DNA of 64,000 bases, taken from NCBI GenBank assembly GCA_002633005.1, contig NMRA01000135.1, forward strand, positions 185,115-249,114. Direction: 5' to 3'. A program made the translations under genes and the position numbers. Below are positions 1 through 11,000 of this stretch, one piece after another. The notes below the pieces were generated by a model. The model searched no databases and was not told the DNA's origin. It saw nothing but the letters and a program-made list of their open reading frames with translations. Positions within the stretch are counted from its first letter, which is position 1. The number at the start of each line of letters is the position of its first letter. Source of the stretch: Phoronis australis. Its lineage: Eukaryota; Animalia; Phoronida.

Positions 1-3000
1 CCCATCTCATGTCGATAACCCTGAAGTCCAGCCCCAGCTCGGCACACAGCTCCTTGAGCTTGGGATAGGCTAGCTTGGCCAACCAGTTTCGCTCCTGTTT
101 CATATCTGAAGATTGAAGACATTCAGTAATCACCACAGACTAGAAAAGAAATCGCAACCATTTCCTAAAGGCGCTTTAGGTGGCAATGTAATAGCTTCAT
201 TTCTAAAATCTGTTTATCTGTTTACACTATCTGCAAGGTGCTCATCTCTGACCAATATGTGTACACCATGCACACATACTTGATCTTAAACTGCTGTAAT
301 CGCTGAAGGTGGCTGTAGAATTGGCTAGCTCGTGTAGGTAAACGGCATATACCCAGGTGTTATTGTCATGGGTGGGTTAGTGAATGTGGTTTCGACCTGA
401 ATGGGGAAAACTGTGACAAGGTAGTGTCCTTGATGGATTGGGGACTAAGCTGTGTGTGTTTGCACTCTAAAACTGTTAGAATTAGTGGCAAAATAAAAAT
501 TCCTACCAGTAAATGTAGAACTTATGAACAGCCTGACATCTGTTGATGGCATAGGTGGTATGTCTGTCATGCATCCCTCCAGGAGGTCATCAAACTGCTT
601 CTCAGAACTTTTGATACTTGGCAATGCTGTGGGAATAAAGTATTTTACATTGCAGAGAATGTATGGTACTGAAACCATGACAAAATCTTAGAGTTTTTGG
701 AATCAAGACTGATTTTCTAATTTGACTATTTGCTTTTACATCATCTTTCTGTCCTACAATGAAACTAAGCTCACTGTCACTTAAACAAATTTTGTTGAAA
801 GTTGTACTTTTGTGAGTCTTCACTGATATTTTGTTCAGCTCACAACGTGGTTCACAGCTCTGTTTGTCTTACGAATGCTGTTAAACTCACATTCACCATT
901 CTAGTTTTCAAGAGCCGAGGGATCTATATCATGAAAGTGACTTGAGGTTTAAGTTTTTAACACCAAGAATTTTGTCTAATTTTAATTTTTGTCTCAGAAG
1001 GGGTCTTAAAAAACAAAAATTTACTAAGGCTAAGTGAAGGCAAGTGACAAAATTTCAGAACAGAAAGTTTCATGATTGAACACTGTCTGTGGTCTTAACT
1101 TGAGAATGAAATTTAGATAATTTTAACATAATTAACAATTTTACTAACTACACATTCTCCACTTGTTGCTGGTTCACAAATTTATAGCGATGTGGAAAAT
1201 CTAGCTTGAAGGATACTCATGGTCTATTAATTCTGAATAGGCGTTTATAAACAATGTTGGAAGTCACAAATAAAAGTGGAAGCTTATTTACTTGAGAAGG
1301 TAAAAAGTATAACTGGAATATGTCACCTTACTAGGTAAGAGTAAGTCACACTGCATTGTCTCCATAGCAACTTCCCATATTTTGCATTGAAATCAGATGA
1401 TCTTCAATTAGATCGTAAAACATTGTAAAAATTTTTTAACAGACTTGTTACTAAACAGTTCACAGTGGTGACAATCAAATTTCTTTGCTATTTATACTAA
1501 AAATCTGATTTTAAACCCACTGGTCATAGCAGGCTGAGTTTCGTTCTTAATTTTGATTTCAAGAAATTTCACGAATCGGGTTAAAATATTTTTTGTTCAG
1601 TTGTGCCCGATTTTGAGATGAGCGCTGGGGCATTCTTTATGTATAACAGTATAATGCAAGAACATGTCTGCTATACACTGCATAATGTTGGTATACCATT
1701 TCACTCTTGCTATGGTGTTTGAACTCGGGCAGCCTCTCCTGTGTTGCAGGGTACAAATGTCATTATAAACTCACATTTGATCAAACGATTAGTGTCCAAT
1801 TGGGTTCTAACAAAAAATAGATCCTCTATATATGTCACCATTCAGTAAAGTTTGTATTTCATTCTGGTATCACTACCCATGTAGGATAAAAAGTGGTGTA
1901 GAAACAATAGAGTAATAAGCACATTGTACCAACCTTTTTGCTTCTGGGGTAGTTTTTGTGCAGTCACGTTGCTGTTTTTCTGCAGCCTGTAAAGGGAATA
2001 ACAAAGGATTATTATTTAGTTTCTGTGTAATTTTAGAACCAGTTTGATACCTGTAATTCAGTGTAGAAAACTGGTTCTCAAAATATGGGTACGTTATATC
2101 CGACTATTACGACTACTATCACAAGCGGATATTATGATGTCACATTAGTGTGATCGTTTGAACTCTCTATAACGAGCTAAAATATTTTTAGTTTAGTTTA
2201 GTTTTGGATTTCGACATATTTGGATACATTCAAGTTAAGGTTTTATAGAACCATATCAACAAGTCCCCATATATAGTCAAAAATCTTATTTTCTGAAAGA
2301 AGAAAGTCTGCAAAATGTTCCGACTTAGTACCAATTTACCATTCATTGGCTCATCTGATCATGTATTTTTAGTAAAATTTAGTTTATTTACAAAACGAAA
2401 TGTACATTCATAGCAAAACAACAGTACTAATAACATGACTAAATTTCATTTGACATAAATGCTCAAAATGTTATCTCAAAAATGCTGTTACTTTTTTCTG
2501 AATAATGACGATGTTTCTATTGATGCAACTTTTGATTTTTTTTCATAAAAATCATGAAAGTCTTATTTTTGATAGCTCCTCATACAAAGGTGTGACATTT
2601 TAAAAACAACCTTTAACAGCATTTTGGAGAACAGTGCATTTTGTGTAACAGCTGGAAGTTCCATATGGATACGATCCGACAATTCTGAGATATGATGTTC
2701 CAAAGGTAATTAAATTTGGTCATTTTTCTAGTGTCCTACACAAACCTAGTGAAAAATGAAACAGCAGTACGACAGATGCGAAAGCGTTTCAACAGTTGTT
2801 CGTTGTTTTTTTTTTTTAATTTATTTATTTTGGATGGCCTCATTGAATGAACACTGGTTTCAAGGATCGTCCAGAGAGAGATATAAATACAATTGAGGTA
2901 TTGCTTATATTTTGAGAGAACTTTGGTTGTGTCTCATCCCGTGATTCGTTGCATGTGACTTCATAATGAAGGTATTTGATAGTGTGCTAAATACTTGGTA

Positions 3001-3727
3001 CAGTTCAAGACAAAAGTAATCAGCCTGAATATCGTTTTACCATCATGACGACTAATGCTGTTAACACCAAAAATTACTGGTGATGACTATTTGGGAAAAT
3101 TTTAATTACAAAATAGTTTAGCTACCATACTAACTTTAGTGCTCCTTCATTTTCCGTCATGAGAGACGACGTTACTGACGATGAATTGAGCTTCTGCCCA
3201 GCCGTCATGACAGGGAATTCTGGGTCATTTTGTCTGAATACTTTTGGCTTCCCATGCCAAATGGCGTCGTATGGAGGTCTCAAGGGATTGTTTAATTTGC
3301 GAGATCCATGCGACGGGCATAAGCACGTCACATGGTTATCGCCTTGGGGACGCTACCATTGTTTTCCTTTGTTGCGTCTTTGTTGGATATAACAATACAG
3401 GTCACACGGATATCGTGCCTTGGGCGTACATCAGCCCCGTTACCGATAAACGCTTGCCATTATCTTTGTTATATGAAGGAAAAAAAAATTAACAATAGAT
3501 ACGCCTATTAATTGATATCCATGCGATGAGCTTGCGACCTAATTTCCCATGTGTTGTACTGTATATCATTGTACTCACCCTTTTAGTTTTGCTGGCACTT
3601 TGCTTTTCGCTTGGTTATTCCCAATCACATCGAAGGGTGGTGGACTCTGTTTGATGGCATTCTTGTGGGGAAATTCTATGCTGTTCCGCTTCTGAGCTGG
3701 ATGAGCTATTGGTGCTAAGGGCGGCAG
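1..3727 (-). CDS. NWD1/NWD2-like protein (DUF4062 N-terminal domain of NACHT-WD40 proteins), 5' exons only; gene continues off the left edge
   Basis: Phase-consistent GT-AG exons at 3727-3579, 1986-1934, 626-507 and 105-1. They splice to LPPLAPIAHP...KLKGLQKNSNVTAQKLPQKQKALPSIKSSEKQFDDLLEGCMTDIPPMPSTDVRLFISSTFTDMKQERNWLAKLAYPKLKELCAELGLDFRVIDMRWG. The motif FISSTFTDM..ERN.L....YPKL...C...GL.F.V.DMRWG is the DUF4062 signature of NWD1/NWD2/TEP1-like proteins. The NACHT and WD40 parts lie outside the window, and the start exon is not fixed. Confidence 0.85.
3020..3260. repeat. Dispersed repeat; second copy at about 15380-15610
   Basis: CCATCATGACGACTAATGCTGTTAACACCAAAAATTACTG versus CCGTCATGACGACTAATTCTGTTACCAACAAAAATGACTG, with similarity continuing through GATGAATT...TGCCCAGC...TTTTGTCTG. 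Confidence 0.75.
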
Positions 3728-4169
3728 CTATAGGAAAGTGAGGTGACCAAGTGACCATCTGACAGTTAAACCATATGGTAATGACTGTTTAGTAAAGTGA
3801 TATCTTACTCATTTAAAATGCTGTCTGATTAGAACACAGAAAATTTTACTTTGGTTTTCAGAATTCTTGATATGGTGCAGTTGTCACCAAGCTAAATTAG
3901 GTAACATGTTGGACTTTTGTAGCAATGTTGTACAAATCCAACTATGTTAATTTTAGTAATTTTGGCCCAATTGCAGGACTGAGTGTCATTGAATATATTG
4001 ATTTTGGTTCAAGCTATTTATTGCCTCAAAATTAAAATCGGTGAAAACTATCTCACATGAAAACTACATGATACAAGAATTTTAATGTTATTTGAAAGCT
4101 GTGATACGATATGGGATACCGCTAACAGAATGGGTAAAATACACTAGCGCATTTAATATGTATGGTAAA

Positions 4170-4390
4170 AAATCTCAAATTTGAGACTATTTCCTCAAGG
4201 TCGGAGTTTGTCCCTTATTCTAGAAATAGACAATGTTGACTGTCTCAAATTCAAAAACCATTGGAAAGACAGCAAAATTACCCACTGCAGATTCAAAACA
4301 CATTGTCTGAAATTTGAGAAACACTGTGAACTCCAACATTACCTTTGTCCCAAATTCTATAATCAAGACAATTCAGTTTTGCAATTTCGC
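4170..4390. repeat. Dispersed repeat; second copy at about 29850-30130
   Basis: Shared TGTCCC..ATTCTAGAAATAG, ACATTGTCTGAAATTTGAGAAA and AATCAAGA.AATTCA blocks in the same order. Confidence 0.7.
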
Positions 4391-4399
4391 ATGACACAT

Positions 4400-4615
4400 G
4401 ATTATGAGGACGTAACGGACACAGGCGAGGCCCCAGTCACCCGCCATTCCACCCGACAAAGATCTCGAGATGAGACCGAAAGCTTGTGGTTTCTATAAAC
4501 TTCATGCCTCTGAATACAATACTCTTTGGAAACAATGGCGCACCCAGGCTTTAACTGGGGTGAATCGGAAACTGGCAGCACTCATGACTAGCGACTTAAA
4601 CCACTTGAGCTACAA
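4400..4615 (-). mobile_element. tRNA-derived SINE remnant
   Basis: The minus strand starts GTAGCTCAAGTGGTTTAAGTCGCTAGTC..., an A-box/D-arm-like head, but does not complete a cloverleaf. Confidence 0.4.
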
Positions 4616-7017
4616 CAGTTATGACTGTGGGTGTAAACGAATCAATTACATCTGATAACAGTTACAACCGTTGCAAGAGTTACAACCAGGGTTAACTGGT
4701 CTGAACACAGCTGTACTGTGACTACTAATTATTAAATACCTTTGTAGCACCAGGTTGGCTTTTGTGCATAGCCTTTTTCATGTTTACAGGCAGTGTAACT
4801 TGAAGTCAGGTGTAGAGAACTTGCTTCATCTGCAGATAAGAACAATTTAAAAATGGAATCATTTAGAACTCTAGATTATCATATGCATCACTGATACTAG
4901 ATTCACGCTAGTGGTGAAAACGCGTGCTGCAAACTAGTGAAAACGCAAGCGTTTTAGCGAGATAGACAAGCTGTTCGCGGAAAATTCATTTTCAAAAGCA
5001 GTTAACTTGTTTCCTTGCCACCGGAATCGGATTAGCTTTTAGGCGAAAATTGATGTCAAAACATGTTGATTATATCACAAGTTAATTAATGCAACAATAA
5101 ACAAACTTTAAGGTTTATTTCCCCTGCCCATGAGTGTTGTTAAGCGCTCTAGCTACAGAAGTGCTTGCAAAAATGCTAGCAGTTTAGGTAATTCAAACCA
5201 CCAGCAAATGGACTACAAAAGTGATGCATGCAACCGTTCACACTTTGATGGAAGTTTTTGCTAACAAAAGTGCTAAGAAGTGCGAATGCTAGCGTGTGTG
5301 TGACTGAGGCATGAGATGCTGTTACATATGATAATCACACTTCAGCCACTCCCCTTGTTAAAGCTGCAGAAAATGCTAAATATGGTCAAGTTAAAATTAC
5401 TGCAAATTTTTACTGTTAATTTCGCATACTCTGTGTGATACCCACTTCTGCGTGGCCCATTTTATATGGGTGAGATTTCTTTGAAAGTGCTCGCATGTCT
5501 TAAAATTTTTAAAAGCCAGTCTGTTGTGAATCCTAGCTCCAAAAACTTGCAAACCTCACCTTTGGGTAACCAACAGCCAATGTTTCTGCGTCACCTTGGA
5601 CTATAATTCAGACCGAAAAATACCCATAGTCTCCTGTTTACTTTAAGTCTTGCACACAGGTTCCTGACACAAGTACTGCACCTGAATTGACCATTCAGAG
5701 AAACACTTACCTCAATCTCTTAAAAAGTTATTTTTAAAAGCTCAAGTGCGGCGTAAGACCCACCCCCTAATTTTTAGTGCTGCAATTAGTCAGCACCCTG
5801 GCCATCAATCTGGATGAGTACAGTACGTATACGGCATTGTATTTATAATTGCTGTTTGTTTTTATCTATCGCGGTTTCATACATCAACACAAAAACAGCC
5901 AGCATTTTCCTTCCAAAATTTTGTCTGGGCCCCTATCACAGCATCCTAGATCCACCTGTGACATTTCCCCGGAAACATTTCAGTAATGATTCCGGCAGTT
6001 TCCTCTGTGTTACTGTACATTGCATGGGAAAGTAAACCAGTAGTTAGAATTTGAATACCAGGCCTTAGTAAGGATTGGGTGATCATATTCCTGAGCTTGC
6101 AGCCACTGTTTACTGGAGATCAATCTGTTATCAGTCTCATTACCAGGCAGTAAATATACAACATTGTATGCTGTGAGGAAAGTGTCATCATGTCCTCATT
6201 TTCCATTAAATTAACTAAATGTTCTAGTACATGAACTGGGCTCTTAAATACTTATTTCCATAGCTATGAATACAAATAATACCTTGTGTCTTTAAATTTC
6301 CTTACTAATAAGGAATTTGTTGATTCTGATGAATATGTCATCCTCCCATTGCTCAGTATACCTGTATCCAGGTACTGGAGTAGAGGGTAGTGAAGGCCAT
6401 TGTTAAGCCAGTCAATGACTAACAATAGCCACTATTGATGTTTGCCTATTTGCACATGTGTGCTTCAGCTGGCCTATTGGCATACCTTGTCAATAGAATT
6501 AGATTGAGCCTTAAAATAGCATTGGGATTTTAATGTATGAAGTTAAATATAATTCAGCTTGGGCATTAAAATTTGGTTTCCTTTGCTTTGAATTTGAACA
6601 CTTCTTGTTATAGAAGAGCTGGTTTTCAGTGCTTTCTAAGAGACTTGTAACCTTACAGAAAACTAAAGCGACTCCCTCTGTAGCTTGACAATATGTATAT
6701 TTTTTATGAACTGTATAAAAATAGGAACTAGTAGCAAATATATTGAATTACGATAATTACCTTTTTTCTATTTTTGAAATTCTGATTACTTTAGTGTAAA
6801 TATTGTTAACTGAATGTTACGATATTACATGACATCTGCACATTTGTCAACTAGACCTTGCATACCCCCATAATTTGAAAGTGGATAAAGTGAAAGTCAC
6901 TTTTGTGCTCTCGCATTGCTGAAGAGCAGTTGCATGTTGGATATTTGCTGAATTCCCTGAATTACCTTCTGTAAGTGGGTTCACAGAATATGTTGGACAA
7001 AAATCCTCTCCCCATAG

Positions 7018-7227
7018 GTACACCTATTGAGGATAAGCTGAAGGGTAGTGAGGGTGATGTTTCCCATAGTGATCTGATCGTGAAGTCTTCTCATTTCCTG
7101 TGGCTGGAAGCTGACTGACCAAAGGGAACCTCTAGTCGCAGAAGGTGAAGGCTCTCGCTATATTTGCCCAGCTGTTGCAGTTTGTGGAACACAATATTGC
7201 GGTGTCCAAGCAGCTAGATGTTTGCTA
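7018..7227 (+). pseudogene. Possibly disrupted THADA-like exon upstream of 8054
   Basis: Acceptor cccatag| at 7017. One frame reads ...SHFLWLEAD*, and a shifted frame reads LTKGNL*SQKVKALAIFAQLLQFVEHNIAVSKQLDVC, ending TA|GTGAGA in phase with exon 8054. No single frame is open across it. Confidence 0.35.
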
Positions 7228-8053
7228 GTGAGACTGATGTTCTCCTGTAAAGCTCTGTACGCTAAACACACATGAGGCTACTTCCATAAAATACATTAAT
7301 TATACAGTAATGTTTTTTCGAATTAAGCTAAATTAGTGTTGAAATTTCTGCTGTTCATATCTATAGTTGCTGCATTGTTGAAAACGATCAGCCATTCCTC
7401 ACAGGGTGCAGCTGATTAGTATACTCACTCATTTAGAGATTGAGCTTGGAAAAGGCATCCATTTATAGGGACCTTCCATGAACGAGTTGGCCATTTTTAG
7501 AATTTTGTTCCGAAGTTTTAGAAACATCGTAGATTTACAATGGTTAATTTCATAACTGATTCATGGATAAGTGCCTTTTTAAGCCATTATGCCTGAAACT
7601 ATAGAAGAGATGGCATATGCTGTCAAAGTGTTCTAAAAATGTAGTGGGCATTGAAAGCTCTTGGTCTGTTAATTTTGTAGTTAGAAAAGGGAGTGTTTCG
7701 AACTCGCAAAACGAACTCTTTTTATTGAGATGTAAATTGGAAAAGGCACTCAGTACGAAGGAGGTAAAACTGTCTGAAAAGTCACCAATACTTAAGGAAA
7801 TTGGTCACGAAGTAGTCAGCCATCTGAATGGCACATCCCTTACGCCTCTTCTATTGGAGTACCCGTGTAGTCTTTAAAGTCACAATCTATCAATTAATAA
7901 CTGTCGTAACTTTGAAGGAAATTTTTTATGCTTTACTTTTGCTTAAAAATCGAATATAATTTCATCACAGTGCCTGCACATCTTGATATAAATTGAAGAA
8001 CTTTTACCTTAACGAGATAAATGTGCTTCATTACTCCACTGATTTTGTTACAG

Positions 8054-11000
8054 TGCTGAGGTTGACCAATGGTGTTGCTCTGTCCGATCAGCTGCTGAAC
8101 CGACTAACTGTGAAACACTACGCTACAACTGTGCTGTAGGTCTACAAGTCATGGGCCAACAGCTGATTTTGGGTCGTGTTGTAACCATGGAAATACTGTA
8201 CAGGTAACCAAGGTTTAACTCTGCCTTTTTTTAAGTGTGTTACGCGCTTCCCAGGGACTAAAAATTGTTAGGGAACTGGAAAATTTAGATGCAAAAATAA
8301 AATGAATATAAAACTGGTAATTGCTTAACTGTAACTTGAAAATTCAGAATATGGTTCTGAATGTGTACACACATCATTGGACAGTTGAAACTCCGCTGAG
8401 GAGTGCAAGTCATAGATAATTTGTGAGATAACATCATCAGCGTGATATTTAGCTGCCGTTGCTTTGATCTCGCCAATCGAAACAATTATGTATCATCAGC
8501 AACACCATGTAAATTTCAAGATAAAAATCTCATTTCAACCATTTTTTTCTGTCGAACGAAAGAGTGACATGAAAGTGGTCAATTAGCCAAATATCTTCAA
8601 AACTATAGAATTTAATTCTGTAAAAATATGTGATACATTGTGATTATAGAAAGTGTATAGAATTTGATTGTGAACATTATACCAACAATGTCTTTGCTTG
8701 AGCTACGTGACCATAATCATATTTTTTGTAAAATATAACAAAACAGAAAGTTTACAGTTTTATCCAAAAAGTTTTCAAAAACATGACCAAATTTCTTGTG
8801 GTATACATGTTCAAGATGAATTCTCAGAAACGCTATCCCACATTTTGCCATCATATTTTCATTTTTTTTAATGGAACTTAATTCTTGTTTTCATAAAAAC
8901 CATAAAAGTTCTAATTTTTGGTACTGGGTAGTGCAAAAAAAGAATATTTTGAGAAACAGTTCCTAACACCATTTTGAAGAAGAGCGCATGAATCATAGTA
9001 TTATAGTTTCACTTGAATCTAACCTGCCTGTACTGAGATATGGTGTTCCAATGTGCAACATTTTTACCGTAGGGTTTTTCAACTGTAGAGGGCAGCAGTT
9101 GTTTGATGGAGGCTAGTCCAGATATCAGTCTAGTCCATTGTTAATACTGAGTTCCTGTGCTCATTTTCTGCCATCAGGACTGGCTGGCCATTTTTATCGT
9201 ATTTTGTCTAATAAAAGTGATCCTGGAGTAACTTCTTAGGAGGAATTCAATTTCAGAAGCTAAACAGTTCCTAAAATCACCACCTTTAGTCCTCGATATA
9301 TCAATTTATTTTTACCAGTGTTCTATTGCTGTGAGCCAATGTTACATAGCCAAGTTTTCTCCGGGGGGCCGAAGGAGCCACTTTTAGTTCTGCCATGGGA
9401 CCTCTGCCTCTGTTGTGCCTTATCCTATTGCGCAATGCTAACATCTGGGGTGTCAAGTTTCTCCGGCCTATCATTTATCCGTGAGAAAACCAGGTTACTC
9501 TACTCATGAGAAAATGTAACACTGTGTTGTAATTGCTTTATTTCACACAATAGGAACTTAGATCAGATTTCTTGATCGGCCCTTTGGGAGAATGGGCATT
9601 GTACACATGTGTTTATGAAGTACAAGGTGTGTATAATTGCATACTCCATGATACCTCTTGAGAGGTCAATTAGTAGCAGGTGTTGTAACAAAAGGGTGTA
9701 TCAAATTGAAATGTTTCTTGAACAGAATTTTTGCATGTGCCCCGGCAAAAACTGTGGATTGCTGTATGCTTGGAGAAATTGTGCTGGAATTACTGTGGTG
9801 TGTGAGTGTGTGTGTGTGTGCCGGTGTTGGCTGTCTGTTGTGATTGGAAGGGGAACTCATTTGGAAAGACTTTTATTGATTTGTTAATATTTTAGTTATA
9901 AATCTGTAGGAAAGTTTGTGGTAATTTTATTTATGATCTGACTGATGAGTACTCTTAATAGTAGTACTAGCAGAACTCACATTAGGCCAAGTTGCTGTAC
10001 CTTTGTCGGAAAATTTAACCCGGTTGGTGAAGTTCTCAATTAAAACTGAATTATCACCAAGCAGGCATGTACATATGCTTTAAAATACATATACCCTGTG
10101 CATGATGAAAGCTGCATTTCGCCCCACTTATCACAGCTTAGAGTTGGCCAGCACTAAAATTGAAAATGACGCTGTTACGCATTGCCTGTGACTTGATTTA
10201 AAAACAGAAATGGAATCCTATTATGGCAAGGAATATTTAGAGACACATTTTACGACACATTGCCCATGACTTGATTTGAAAACAGAAAATAATGGAATCC
10301 TATCACGGTAAGGAATATTTAGAGACCCATTTTACGAGACTATAAGGCCTAATTCGATTTTCAGTTTTTAGCAAGCTAAACAGAGCAAAATGATGCATCA
10401 GATATAAAACGATGCTACATTCTACAATTGCAGCATCTTTGCTACGTCACTTGTGCTGCTTGAGGATGAGAACAGTGAAGTGCGAGATGAAGCAACAGTT
10501 TTTGTGGCTGCATTACCCAGAATGCAACATCATACTCAGGTAGTTGTTTCTTCATTCAATTTTTTTGAGAACGACAGACAATATAATTGCTGGCTGCTAA
10601 AGACTGGTATATAAATTTTTCAGAACAATAGGGTTTTTACAGTAAGAAGTGTTATCAAGAATCAGTAATGTGGAATGACTGACCAGAAAATTGAGCATTC
10701 CATGGGTTCTGTGTAAATCGTTCTATAGACATTTATAAATTTTTTACTTTAATCTTAGAATTAAATTTGTTCCAGTGACCTTAATTGATGGCAATTACAA
10801 AGTTTGTTGAATTGCATGTTTATACATTTCATCGGGTTATGCAAAACAAATATTGAGACGTTATAGCTAAGTTTAGCTGTTTGTGTTATTATCGGGAATG
10901 TTACGTCTGAATTTTTTTCTACCAGGCCGCTAGTATTCAGACTAGTCTTGCACAGAGAGTCCTAATAGACACCCTGGTCTTTCATGGCAACTTGCCCAAT

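Noticed and set aside
6966-7244. Minus-strand first coding exon of the NWD-like gene (MGRGFLSNIF...)
   Set aside because: It ends in phase 2, which fits neither exon 3727 (phase 0) nor candidate exon 5600 (gives an immediate stop).
9935-9975. Hammerhead ribozyme (CTGATGAG-TACT...AGTA)
   Set aside because: The required GAAA core after stem II is absent. Similarly incomplete cores occur at about 22125, 35310 and 39598.
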